Source of the DNA: Candidatus Electronema halotolerans
GTDB taxonomy: Bacteria; Desulfobacterota; Desulfobulbia; Desulfobulbales; Desulfobulbaceae
Direction: 5' to 3'
Assembly (NCBI GenBank): GCA_942493095.1
Contig: OW818675.1
Coordinates: forward strand, 120,001 to 152,000
DNA length: 32,000 nucleotides
A program made the position numbers and the translations under genes. Under the pieces are notes generated by a model. That model worked only from the letters and a program-made list of their open reading frames with translations. It was not told the DNA's origin and did not search any database. This document shows, piece by piece, positions 1 through 8,243 of this stretch. Every line of letters starts with the position of its first letter. Position 1 is the first letter of the stretch.

Positions 1-461
1 TGGAGGCGGTCTGCGCCAAGATCATGGAAAACGAGCTGCATGGCAAGCATTATTCGATTGTCGTGGTTGCGGAAGGAGCCAAGGCTGAGGGCGGCCAAGT
101 GGTCAGTCAAGGCGCGGGCGAGACAGGCCGGACTGAACCGCTGCTGGGCGGCATCGGCAAAAGGGTGGCTGAGGAAATCCGGCAGCGGACTGGCAAGGAC
201 ACCCGCGACTTGGTCTTGGGGCATCTGCAGCGCGGCGGTTCCCCCACCACCTTTGACCGGCTGCTGGCTCTGCGCTTTGGCGCGGCAGCCGTGCGCATGG
301 CTGAGGCTGGCAAGTTTGATCAGATGGTGGCGTGGATTCCGCCGGACATGGCGGCAGTGTCGCTGGAGGAAGCGGTCCGCAGCCGCAAGTACGTTGACCT
401 GAACAGCGACAAGATACTGACCGCCCGCTCCATCGGCATCTGCCTTGGCGACAAGGAATGA
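1..461 (+). CDS. pfkA: ATP-dependent 6-phosphofructokinase, C-terminal fragment (5' end lies outside the window)
   Basis: The reading frame is open from the window edge. Translation (..YSIVVVAEGA.., ..GHLQRGGSPTTFDRLLALRFGAAAV..) matches the conserved C-terminal half of PFK-A family enzymes. The TGA stop at 459-461 overlaps the next gene's ATG (ATGA). Confidence 0.8.
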   Translation, partial: EAVCAKIMENELHGKHYSIVVVAEGAKAEGGQVVSQGAGETGRTEPLLGGIGKRVAEEIRQRTGKDTRDLVLGHLQRGGSPTTFDRLLALRFGAAAVRMAEAGKFDQMVAWIPPDMAAVSLEEAVRSRKYVDLNSDKILTARSIGICLGDKE

Positions 462-1120
462 GCACTGCCGCTGTTCTGCGCGAAATCCACGAGCTTCTGC
501 TGGCCCGCTTTGGGCAGCAGCACTGGTGGCCGGGCGAGACTCCCTTTGAAATCATGGTCGGGGCGGTGCTGACCCAGAACACAAGCTGGCAGAATGTCGA
601 AAAGGCGATTGCCAACTTGAAAGAGGCGGGGCTGCTCTCGCCAGCCGCCTTGACCGCCCTGCCGCCCGAAGTTTTAGCCGAGCATATCCGGCCTGCTGGC
701 TATCACAATCTCAAGGCGGGCAGGCTGAAGAATCTGCTTGCCCTGATTGCGGCCCAAGGCGGCGTGGAAGCGCTCTTAGCCCAGCCGACCGCCGCTCTGC
801 GCCAACTGCTGCTGGCCGTGAAAGGCATTGGGCCGGAGACTGCTGACTCCATTGTCCTGTATGCGGCAGGCAGGCCAGTTTTTGTGGTTGATGCCTACAC
901 GCACCGTGTCTGCTCCCGGCACGGGCTGATTGATGAGCAAGGCGATTACTTTCAGCTCCAAGAGCTGTTCATGGACAATATGGCAGAGGATGTCGCTCTG
1001 TTCAACGAGTATCATGCCCTGCTGGTGCGGCTAGGCAAGGAGTTCTGCAAAAAATCCAAGCCGCGCTGCAAAGACTGTCCGCTGGCGGCCTTGGGCGGGC
1101 AAGAACTGCGGCTTGCCTGA
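458..1120 (+). CDS. Endonuclease III-like HhH-GPD base-excision repair protein
   Basis: 220-aa ORF. It has the N-terminal motif WWPGETPFEIMVGAVLTQNTSWQNVEKA, a helix-hairpin-helix segment (LLAVKGIGPETADSIVLYA) and a C-terminal Cys-containing tail (FCKKSKPRCKDCPL) typical of the endonuclease III-related family. The start is ATGA-coupled to pfk. Confidence 0.8.
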   Translation: MSTAAVLREIHELLLARFGQQHWWPGETPFEIMVGAVLTQNTSWQNVEKAIANLKEAGLLSPAALTALPPEVLAEHIRPAGYHNLKAGRLKNLLALIAAQGGVEALLAQPTAALRQLLLAVKGIGPETADSIVLYAAGRPVFVVDAYTHRVCSRHGLIDEQGDYFQLQELFMDNMAEDVALFNEYHALLVRLGKEFCKKSKPRCKDCPLAALGGQELRLA

Positions 1121-1259
1121 ATCACCGCATCACCGAGGTGGATTGATCACCTTGACCGCAATCTGGCCTGTGGCAGGCTTGGCCCAGAGCAGTCCGGGCT
1201 GCCTGAATAAAGCAGGCGGCGGACGGTTGCACTATGGTGGAGCTGTGGTTTCCACTATA

Positions 1260-1287
1260 GTAGGGGCGAAAGATTTTTCGCCCCTAC
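1260..1287. repeat. Perfect 28-nt hairpin (12-bp stem, 4-nt loop) GTAGGGGCGAAA-GATT-TTTCGCCCCTAC, copy 1
   Basis: Read directly from the sequence. An identical copy lies at 1448-1475. Both copies are followed by a similar ~15-nt tail (c.gccc..g.tcattc). Confidence 0.9.
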
Positions 1288-1328
1288 CTGCCCCGTTCAT
1301 TCTATTCCCTCCAAGATGCCCCGGATGC

Positions 1329-1443
1329 CGATAGGTGCCTTGCGCTGAGGACGATAGGAGCCTATCTCTGTTGGCGATAGGTACCTATGAGTTTTGGCGA
1401 TAGGAGCCTATCTCTGAAAGACATAGGTTCCTATCTCTCCGCC
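1329..1443. repeat. Five head-to-tail 23-bp units, each carrying an ATAGG-NN-CCTAT palindrome (consensus CGATAGGNNCCTATCTCTGNNNG)
   Basis: ATAGG cores start at 1331, 1354, 1377, 1400 and 1423, an exact 23-bp period. Unit 1 is degenerate, and units 2 and 4 are identical over 19 nt. The array lies in the intergenic space between convergent genes. Confidence 0.85.
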
Positions 1444-1447
1444 GTCT

Positions 1448-1475
1448 GTAGGGGCGAAAGATTTTTCGCCCCTAC
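1448..1475. repeat. Perfect 28-nt hairpin, copy 2, identical to 1260-1287; possible terminator or REP-like element for the CHAT gene
   Basis: Identical 28-mer located 10 nt beyond the stop codon (1486-1488) of the minus-strand CHAT-STAND gene. No U-tract follows it on either strand. Confidence 0.85.
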
Positions 1476-1485
1476 CCGCCCGCGC

Positions 1486-4400
1486 TCATTCCCTGCCGCT
1501 GTACGGCGCAAAGGCCCGCTCCGCCTTGGCGCGGTATGCAATAGCCCGGCTGCTGTCGCCCTGCTGGTCGGCGATGCGGGCAAGAGTATTGTAGGTCTTC
1601 CATATCTCCGCTGCTGCCGGGTCAAGGGCTTCGCTGATGGCCAAGCCTTCCTCAGCCAGGCTGCGGGCCTCGTCCAGGCGGGCCGGGTCATCTTTCAGCA
1701 GGTTGGCAAGGTTGTTGAGGGTGCGGGCTATACCGGGCCGGTCGTCCGCTGCTCGGCAGACTGTCAATGCCTTGTCATACCACTGCTCCGCCTCTGCCTT
1801 GCGACCTGTGAACATGCAGACTTGGGCGAGCTGATCCCAGCTATTGCCAGCACTCACGCTGCCTCCCAGCATTCCCTGCTCCTCCTTGAGACGGGCGGCC
1901 TGCCGATATGCCTGCTCCGCTGCCTCCCACTGCTCTGCGTCCTGATAGACTATGCCTAACTGGTGCCAGAACACAGCCTCGCTTGCAGGCTCATTGATGC
2001 GCTGAAACAGCGACAGGGCTTCCTTGAACCGCTCTGCCGCCTCAGCCAGCTCGTCCTGCATATAGGCCAGGGTGCCGAGCTGTCCCTTACTTACCGCAAC
2101 GGCCCGCGTGTCTCCCAGCTCCTCAGCAATCTCTAAGCCTGCCTGATAGGCTTCCTTGGCCTGGTCATACTGTCTCTGGTCACAGAGCACATCAGCCAGG
2201 TCGGTCCAGGCAAAGCCGGTCAGCCGCCGCACTCCGTCGCTCTGCTCCAACTGGGCCAGTTCCTCCAGCTCCTGCCGGTAGAGCTGCTCCGCCTGCGCAG
2301 GCTGGCCTTGTGCTCTATAGCAGCGGCCCAGCCTGTGTAAGGTGATGCAGCGTTCATAACTGGGAGTCTCCCCCAGTCCCTTGAGGATGTCAGCAAAGAC
2401 TGCCTCAGCCTGCTTGGGCTGGCCGCTGTTCAAAAGCTGCTCGCCGAGGTTGCTGCGGGAGAGATACCACGCCTTTGAGCCGACCACGCCGCCTGCCTTG
2501 CCTGCCGCCTCAGTCAATTCCTCAGCGTCCCGCCGTAGCCCGAAGTATCGGAGAAAGAGATTGACGTTATTAGCAAAGTCCACGCCCTCCTCGCTTCTGC
2601 CTGACTGCAAGGCGGCATGGACAGCCCGGAGCATATTCGGCAGCTCGTGCCGGGCAACAGCGCGGGCTGCATGGGGATTTGTTCTATCCAACCTGTACAG
2701 CTCATTGGAAAGCTGGTAGTACGCCTGCCAATAGCCTTCCAGTAGCTCGTCCTGCTCCTCCTTGCCCAGCTTCTGCCACAAGGCCAGGGCCAAGGTCGGG
2801 TGGAAGCGCAGGAAGGTCTTGTCAGCCACCGGCACCCGCTCCGCCTGCATCAGTCCAGCCCGGAGCAGATGGCTGCGCAGCTCGTGCCAGTCTGCCTCCT
2901 CAAAGCCTGTCACCATGCAGACCATCTCCTCCAAACATCCCCCGGCGAAGACTCCCAGCCTTGGCAGCCACTTCCTGCACTGCTCCGGCAGCCGCTCAAT
3001 GGACAGCTCCAGCGAGGCAAGCAGGCTGCGGTCTTCCCGGTTCAGCGGCTGCTCCTCCAGCAAGGCCTCCAGCCGCCCGCTCACGTCCGCCGGGCCGCGC
3101 ACCTTGAGCTGCTGGGCCAGCAGGCTGATGGACAGCGGATGAAAGCCGACCTTGTCGAACAGCCTGATCAGGACATCGCGCCGGGGCCGTTCCCGTTCAG
3201 CCTTGGGCGGCAGACGGCGCAGCTCGTCAAACCAGTCCACGGCATCGCCGGGTTGCAGGCCCTGCAAGGCAAGGGCTTGATGCGCATAGCTGCCTGCCAG
3301 CGGATAGCTCGGATGGCGGAAGTCCGGCTGGCGCGAGGTGAGGAGGACGCGGCAGCCCTCAGCCGCTGACCATTGGGCTGCGGCATCCAGCAGCTCATGC
3401 AGCCCGCGCCCCTCAGCCAGGCTCTCCAAGTTGTCGAGAATCAGCAGGGTCGGCGTGCTGTCCAGCGATGCCTTGACCGCCGCCTCATCCGGCAGATTCT
3501 CGGCAAAGACCGCCTGCATCGTCGCCACCGCCATGCTTGCCGGGTCGCTGCCCTGATAGGCGGCATAGCTGATAAAGCAGACCCGCTGAAAGAGCTTGGT
3601 GCGCAGGAACCAGCGGCCTGCTTCCACGGCCAGCGCGGTCTTGCCTTGGCCGCCAAAGCCGGTGATGCTGAAACGGCGGCAGCCCTCCACGGCAAAGGCA
3701 CGCTCGATCCGCCACAGCTCCCTGCTCCGGCCAAAGAAACCGGACTCCTGCGGCTTAGGCAGATTGGCGGGCGGCTCGGCTTTGGCCGCCAGACTGTCCG
3801 CGCCCTCGGCACTGAGCAGCGGCTGATCTGTCCCGCTCTGATACAGGGTCGGCAAGAACCAGTCGTGCAGGTCCAGCTTGAACTCCTCGGCCAGCCCTGC
3901 GCCGCGCAGCCGGATGCCGCGCTCCGGGTTGAAGCAGAGACGGTGCCGGGCCTCGTCCAAGGAACTTGCCGGGCTGCGTCCCTTGAACAGGCTGCGGTAG
4001 AACTCGGCAAAGAGCTGCTCCGCCGTGCTGACCAAGACGCTGTGGCTCATGGCGATGACCGCAGGAATGCCCGCATGAACCAGCCGGGCCGCTGCGCTGC
4101 TCATCGGGTCTTCGCTGTTCATCATCGCCGATTGGCAGGCCGACAGCACGACCAAGCCCGCATGGTTGCGGAAGAGCAGCTCGCCGAACTCCTGCGCGGA
4201 AACCAAGTCCTTGCCGCCGTCCTTGTCCTCAAACAGGAGCCAGCCCTGCTTCTTGTCCGCCGCCGCGCCGCCTTCCTTGCTGTACTCGCCCTTCCCGGCT
4301 CTGTCCAAGCTGCTCTCGCTGGCAAAGCTGCCGTGGCCGTCAAAGTGGATAATATCGACCTTGGGCAGGCGGGTGTCCCGCAGCCGCTGCCTGAGCCGCT

Positions 4401-5025
4401 CCAGCGTGGCAGGCCGGAGGAACTCCACCTCCACCCGCACCTGCTTCTGTTCCCCCAAGGCATTCAGCACCGCCTGAGCATCGCTGCGCGGATTGATGAA
4501 CCCGGCTCCCTCTGGCCTGCTGATGAGAAAGAGGAGATGCAGGGCAGGCTTGGGCGCACGCTCATGCGGACTGCGGCCCTGTCCCGCGCTCGGCAGGCCC
4601 CGACGGATGGAGATAGACGGGTTCTCGTTGAAGAGATAGGAGCCGCCCGGCGTGGCCAGCAGCTCCCACGGCAGGGAAAGCACCGCCGGGTGGTCGGCAG
4701 CAATACTGAGTACCCGGCCTTCCTCCTCCGCCTCCAAGAAGCGGTCAAAGAGCTTGGCCGCCTTGCGGTCGCTGTCAAAGACGGCGGAGAACAGGGCTGC
4801 TCCCCAGACCGGCAGCCGCGCCTTGACTGCGGCAGCCCGCGCATCGTCCGGCTCGGCAGCATACTGAGTACCGTAGTCCTCCACGTACCAGCGCAGTTCC
4901 TTGAGGTCGTCCTCTGTCAGCGGACTGGTGAACTCGGCTGGCTGGCTGAAGTCGGGCGCATTGCCCAGCAGGGCAACGCTGACATGGGCGGGGTCGGGGA
5001 AGGTGAGACGCAGTTCTGTGGGCAT
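1486..5025 (-). CDS. CHAT (caspase-like) protease - NB-ARC/STAND P-loop NTPase - TPR repeat protein, 1179 aa
   Basis: I set the start at ATG 5025-5023 (MPTELRL..), which is preceded by AAGGAGG 7 nt upstream. The longer track ORF (to 5343) would run into the tRNA terminator. CHAT dyad candidates are ..VDIIHFDGHG.. (His ~231) and ..LVVLSACQSA.. (Cys ~297). The P-loop is ITGFGGQGKTALA (~aa 455-467) and Walker B-like is TLLILDNLE. The C-terminal ~400 aa consist of repeated A/L/Y/G-rich 40-aa TPR-like units (..LGTLAYMQDELAEAAERFKEAL..). Confidence 0.85.
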   Translation of the reverse strand: MPTELRLTFPDPAHVSVALLGNAPDFSQPAEFTSPLTEDDLKELRWYVEDYGTQYAAEPDDARAAAVKARLPVWGAALFSAVFDSDRKAAKLFDRFLEAEEEGRVLSIAADHPAVLSLPWELLATPGGSYLFNENPSISIRRGLPSAGQGRSPHERAPKPALHLLFLISRPEGAGFINPRSDAQAVLNALGEQKQVRVEVEFLRPATLERLRQRLRDTRLPKVDIIHFDGHGSFASESSLDRAGKGEYSKEGGAAADKKQGWLLFEDKDGGKDLVSAQEFGELLFRNHAGLVVLSACQSAMMNSEDPMSSAAARLVHAGIPAVIAMSHSVLVSTAEQLFAEFYRSLFKGRSPASSLDEARHRLCFNPERGIRLRGAGLAEEFKLDLHDWFLPTLYQSGTDQPLLSAEGADSLAAKAEPPANLPKPQESGFFGRSRELWRIERAFAVEGCRRFSITGFGGQGKTALAVEAGRWFLRTKLFQRVCFISYAAYQGSDPASMAVATMQAVFAENLPDEAAVKASLDSTPTLLILDNLESLAEGRGLHELLDAAAQWSAAEGCRVLLTSRQPDFRHPSYPLAGSYAHQALALQGLQPGDAVDWFDELRRLPPKAERERPRRDVLIRLFDKVGFHPLSISLLAQQLKVRGPADVSGRLEALLEEQPLNREDRSLLASLELSIERLPEQCRKWLPRLGVFAGGCLEEMVCMVTGFEEADWHELRSHLLRAGLMQAERVPVADKTFLRFHPTLALALWQKLGKEEQDELLEGYWQAYYQLSNELYRLDRTNPHAARAVARHELPNMLRAVHAALQSGRSEEGVDFANNVNLFLRYFGLRRDAEELTEAAGKAGGVVGSKAWYLSRSNLGEQLLNSGQPKQAEAVFADILKGLGETPSYERCITLHRLGRCYRAQGQPAQAEQLYRQELEELAQLEQSDGVRRLTGFAWTDLADVLCDQRQYDQAKEAYQAGLEIAEELGDTRAVAVSKGQLGTLAYMQDELAEAAERFKEALSLFQRINEPASEAVFWHQLGIVYQDAEQWEAAEQAYRQAARLKEEQGMLGGSVSAGNSWDQLAQVCMFTGRKAEAEQWYDKALTVCRAADDRPGIARTLNNLANLLKDDPARLDEARSLAEEGLAISEALDPAAAEIWKTYNTLARIADQQGDSSRAIAYRAKAERAFAPYSGRE

Positions 5026-5158
5026 TGGGGAACCTCCTTGGGCATTGAGATGGCTGCGAAGAACGGAAAATATACCCTGCCCGCAGCGCAGAGGCAAGCA
5101 GCCTTGCGCAGTACCCGGCGCAGAGGCGTATATTTCCTTCATGTACACACCAACAAGC

Positions 5159-5201
5159 ACTTGGTGTCTCCACCAAGTTTCGGTTGGTGGAGACACCAAG
5201 T
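5159..5201. repeat. 18-bp perfect inverted repeat with a 7-nt spacer (ACTTGGTGTCTCCACCAA gtttcgg TTGGTGGAGACACCAAGT) upstream of the CHAT gene
   Basis: Read directly. It lies 134-176 nt upstream of the proposed CHAT-STAND start and downstream of the tRNA terminator. Its function (operator, RNA structure or REP) is unknown. Confidence 0.8.
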
Positions 5202-5310
5202 CTGCGCCGAAGCACTTGAGCACTGACTCGTTGCTCAGGTCGCCCCACTTCTGCCACTGGGTGTGCGGATGCTTTCTGCTGCATGCTGCCGGGAAGGAAC
5301 GGACTGGGGA

Positions 5311-5349
5311 ATAAAAAAAGGACTTAACGCTGTGCAGCGTCAAGTCCTT
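5311..5349 (-). terminator. Rho-independent terminator of the tRNA-Val/tRNA-Asp transcription unit
   Basis: On the minus strand, AAGGACTTgACGCTG-cac-CAGCGTtAAGTCCTT is followed by TTTTTTTAT. It starts ~9 nt after the tRNA-Asp 3' end. Confidence 0.65.
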
Positions 5350-5357
5350 GATTTTAC

Positions 5358-5434
5358 TGGCGGGGCCGACCGGGCTCGAACCGGCGACCTCCGGCGTGAC
5401 AGGCCGGCATTCTAACCAGCTGAACTACGACCCC
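5358..5434 (-). tRNA. tRNA-Asp (anticodon GTC)
   Basis: The reverse complement GGGGTCGTAGTTCAGCTGGTTAGAATGCCGGCCTGTCACGCCGGAGGTCGCCGGTTCGAGCCCGGTCGGCCCCGCCA folds by hand into a cloverleaf. The anticodon loop is CTGTCAC, the T-loop is GTTCGAGC, and CCA is encoded. Confidence 0.92.
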
Positions 5435-5440
5435 GGAATT

Positions 5441-5516
5441 TGGTGGGCGAAACAGGGTTCGAACCTGTGACCCTCGGCTTGTAAGGCCGATGCTCTCCCA
5501 ACTGAGCTATTCGCCC
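5441..5516 (-). tRNA. tRNA-Val (anticodon TAC)
   Basis: The reverse complement GGGCGAATAGCTCAGTTGGGAGAGCATCGGCCTTACAAGCCGAGGGTCACAGGTTCGAACCCTGTTTCGCCCACCA folds into a cloverleaf. The anticodon loop is CTTACAA, and CCA is encoded. Confidence 0.92.
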
Positions 5517-5534
5517 TGCAAATGATGTTCTGCT

Positions 5535-5563
5535 TATTTACCATGCCGCCGCCTGTCCGTCAA
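5535..5563 (-). promoter_or_regulatory. Putative sigma70-type promoter for the tRNA-Val/Asp unit
   Basis: The minus strand reads TTGACG - 17 nt - TAAATA, ending ~19 nt upstream of the tRNA-Val 5' end. The -10 element is weak, so this is tentative. Confidence 0.3.
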
Positions 5564-5593
5564 TCAGAAAAATGCAGCAGGAGAAAAAAGTTT

Positions 5594-8011
5594 TCAATGA
5601 CCGAGCTGCCGGGCCGGGCTGTTGTGGGCCGAGATGCTGACATCATGATAAATTGCCTCCAAGGTGATCTCCCGGAACAACTCCTCGCCGTCCCGGAGAA
5701 GCAGGGCGCGGCTGAGAACTTCATCCACATGCTCAACCAGAATGATCTCCAAGCTGCCGCGCACATGTTCCGGCACATCGGTCAAATCGCGCTCGTTCTC
5801 CTTGGGCAGGATCACCCGGATGATGCCGCCCCGGCGGGCTGCGAGCAGCTTTTCAGTCAGGCCGCCAATCGGCAGCACCCGGCCCCGGAGGGTGATCTCG
5901 CCGGTCATGGCCAGCTGGCGGTCCACCTGCACCTTGAGCAGGGCCGAGACGATGGAGGTGGCAATGGTGATGCCCGCAGACGGCCCGTCCTTGGGAATCG
6001 CCCCCTCCGGCACATGGACGTGAATATCCACTTTCTGGTAAAAACCGGCATCCAGCCCCAGGCGCATGGAGCGGGAGCGGACATAGGCCAGCGCAGCCTG
6101 AGCTGACTCCTGCATGACCTCGCCCAGCTTGCCAGTCACCGTCATCTTGCCAGTGCCGGGCATCAGGGCGGTTTCAATCTGGAGCAGCTCGCCGCCGACT
6201 TCAGTCCACGCCAGCCCGGTCACCAAGCCGATCTCGTCCCGCTTCTCAGCCAGCCCGTAGCGGTGCTTGGGCACGCCAAGATATTTGGCCACAGACTCGT
6301 CCGCGAGCTGGTATTTCTTCTCCGGCTCCTTGTTTTGCAGCCGCTCGCGGGCCACTTTGCGGCAGATTGAAGCAAGGGTGCGCTCCAAGTCGCGGACTCC
6401 GGCCTCGCGGGTGTAGCAGCGGACAATCTCCAAGACAGCCTCTTCAGAGAAGACAATGTCGTCTTCGGCAAAGCCGTTGCGCTCCAACTGCTTGGGGGCA
6501 AGATGATCTTGAGCGATGCGCAGCTTTTCCTCCTCAGTGTAGCCGCTCAGGCGAATGATCTCCATCCGGTCTTGCAGGGGCAGGGGAATGCCGTGCAAGT
6601 TGTTGGCCGTGGCAATAAAAAAGACCTCGGACAGATCATAGTCCAGATCAAGATAATGGTCGTTGAAGGCGTTGTTCTGCTCCGGGTCCAGCACCTCCAA
6701 CAGGGCTGAGGAGGGATCGCCCCGGAAATCAACGCTCATCTTGTCAACCTCATCCAAGCAGAAAACCGGGTTGATCACCTCGGCCTTTTGCATGGAGTGC
6801 ATGATCTTGCCGGGCAGAGCACCGATATAGGTGCGGCGGTGGCCACGAATTTCCGCCTCGTCCCGCACCCCGCCCAGCGAGAGGCGGGCAAACTTGCGGT
6901 TCATAGCTCTGGCAATCGACTTGCAGACCGAGGTTTTGCCCACGCCGGGCGGCCCGACCAGACAGATGATCGGCCCTCTGATTTTCTCCACCTGCGCCTG
7001 CACGGCCAAATACTCCAGGATGCGCTCCTTGGCCTTTTTCAAACCGTAATGATCCTGATCAAGGATGCGCTCCGCCTCCTCAATGTCAATCTTGGCCTCG
7101 CTCTTCTCAGTCCACGGCAGACTGATGATGGTGTCGAGATAGTTGCGCACTACTGTGCTTTCCGCCGACATGGGCGGCATGGCCCGGAGCTTGCTCATCT
7201 CCCGCTCCGCCTTTTCCCGCACTGCCTGTGGCAGCTCCTTCTTGTCCAAGGCTTCTTGCAGCTCGCTGTAGTCGTCCGCGCCCTGGCCCATCTCCTGCTG
7301 GATTTCCTTGACCTTTTCGCCAAGATAATAGTTGCGCTGGTTGTCAGCCATCCGTTTTTTAACTTTGACCTCAATGGACTTTTCCAGCTCGTCGATCTCA
7401 AGCTCACGGAAGAGCAGCTCCACAGTCCGGCGCAGGCGCTCTGGCAGCGAAACGGTTTCCAGCAGCTCCTGCTTCTCCTCAGTGCGCAGCTGGATATGGG
7501 CGGCAATCAGATCGGCAAGGCGAGCCGGATGCTCCATCACCGCCGCAGCCTTGACTATTTCCGCAGGAATCTTTTTCCGACTGATCTTTGCGTATGCTTC
7601 AAAGGCATGGCGCAGCTCGCGGATATAGGCAGGCAGCTCCGGGCTGTCCTCGTCTGTGTCGGCCAGCTCCCGCAAATCCGCCCGCAGTATCCAATCGCTG
7701 AACTCCAGATAGGCGGAAACCTCGGCCCGCCGCTTGCCTTCAACCAAGGCTTTGAGACTGCCGTCCGGCAGGCGCAGGAGCTGGATGACTGAAGCCAGCA
7801 CTCCGCAACGGTGCAGGTCGCCGGACTGTGGGTCATCAATGCCCGCCTCCTTCTGCGCCACCAGAAAGATCAGGGAACGCTTCTCCATCGCATATTCCAA
7901 GGCGCGGGCCGAGTTTTTCCGGCCCACAACCAAGGGGGCGATCATGCCGGGGAAAAGGACGATATCCCGCAGCGGCATGACCGGATAGCGGATCAGATTG
8001 AATTCAGACAT
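5594..8011 (-). CDS. lon: ATP-dependent Lon protease (LonA), 805 aa
   Basis: It has the LonA N-terminal domain ([20 protein letters not shown]), Walker [10 protein letters not shown], and the proteolytic Ser motif [14 protein letters not shown]. Full-length colinearity with LonA is evident. Confidence 0.97.
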   Translation of the reverse strand: MSEFNLIRYPVMPLRDIVLFPGMIAPLVVGRKNSARALEYAMEKRSLIFLVAQKEAGIDDPQSGDLHRCGVLASVIQLLRLPDGSLKALVEGKRRAEVSAYLEFSDWILRADLRELADTDEDSPELPAYIRELRHAFEAYAKISRKKIPAEIVKAAAVMEHPARLADLIAAHIQLRTEEKQELLETVSLPERLRRTVELLFRELEIDELEKSIEVKVKKRMADNQRNYYLGEKVKEIQQEMGQGADDYSELQEALDKKELPQAVREKAEREMSKLRAMPPMSAESTVVRNYLDTIISLPWTEKSEAKIDIEEAERILDQDHYGLKKAKERILEYLAVQAQVEKIRGPIICLVGPPGVGKTSVCKSIARAMNRKFARLSLGGVRDEAEIRGHRRTYIGALPGKIMHSMQKAEVINPVFCLDEVDKMSVDFRGDPSSALLEVLDPEQNNAFNDHYLDLDYDLSEVFFIATANNLHGIPLPLQDRMEIIRLSGYTEEEKLRIAQDHLAPKQLERNGFAEDDIVFSEEAVLEIVRCYTREAGVRDLERTLASICRKVARERLQNKEPEKKYQLADESVAKYLGVPKHRYGLAEKRDEIGLVTGLAWTEVGGELLQIETALMPGTGKMTVTGKLGEVMQESAQAALAYVRSRSMRLGLDAGFYQKVDIHVHVPEGAIPKDGPSAGITIATSIVSALLKVQVDRQLAMTGEITLRGRVLPIGGLTEKLLAARRGGIIRVILPKENERDLTDVPEHVRGSLEIILVEHVDEVLSRALLLRDGEELFREITLEAIYHDVSISAHNSPARQLGH

Positions 8012-8243
8012 ATATCTTTCTTAGTAATCAGTTATGCGTGGCCAGCTTGGCCTTGCGCAGAACAGCTGTGCAAAGTATGAAGGTGCGGACAATGCTTTGC
8101 CTTTGCCTGCATGTCGCGTTTACGTTTTTCATCTTTTAAGTCGGCAATGTATTCGGATAAATGCTCAAGAAACTGTTCTTTAAGCTATTAACATTCGAGC
8201 ATTCTCGATAAAGTGACAACAGCTTCAACTGGCGGCCCGCAGG

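Noticed and set aside
1329-1443. Possible CRISPR array
   Set aside because: The 23-bp units are contiguous with no unique spacers between them, are shorter than typical CRISPR repeats, and have no cas genes nearby. I treat this as a tandem palindromic array instead.
1113-1959. Track ORFs 1113-1334 (+), 1387-1959 (+) and 1431-1691 (-) across the repeat array
   Set aside because: They are composed of the hairpin and 23-bp repeat units or are antisense to the CHAT gene 3' end. They lack ribosome-binding sites and protein-like composition.
3373-5226. 617-aa plus-strand ORF, plus several 100-190-aa ORFs on both strands between 2381 and 4867
   Set aside because: They lie entirely antisense to, or out of frame with, the CHAT-NB-ARC-TPR gene in G+C-rich DNA. 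Their translations are Arg/Ala/Gly/Pro-rich low-complexity sequence with no motifs. This is the usual shadow-ORF artefact of high-GC coding regions.
5026-5343. N-terminal 106-codon extension of the CHAT-STAND ORF (track start at 5343)
   Set aside because: The extension would begin inside the tRNA operon terminator and cross the 18-bp palindrome. Its sequence is atypical, whereas ATG 5025 has an AAGGAGG Shine-Dalgarno at the correct distance.
5522-6106. 194-aa plus-strand ORF
   Set aside because: It is antisense to the lon 3' region and starts in the tRNA promoter region. It has no recognisable motifs.
6788-7792. 334-aa plus-strand ORF
   Set aside because: It is antisense shadow of lon, which is unambiguously coding on the minus strand.
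8012-8243. Heat-shock (sigma32 or CIRCE) promoter upstream of lon
   Set aside because: I looked for CTTGAAA-N13-17-CCCCAT and for the CIRCE inverted repeat and found only weak partial matches (e.g. TTGAAG-17 nt-AGAATG on the minus strand). That is not enough to annotate.
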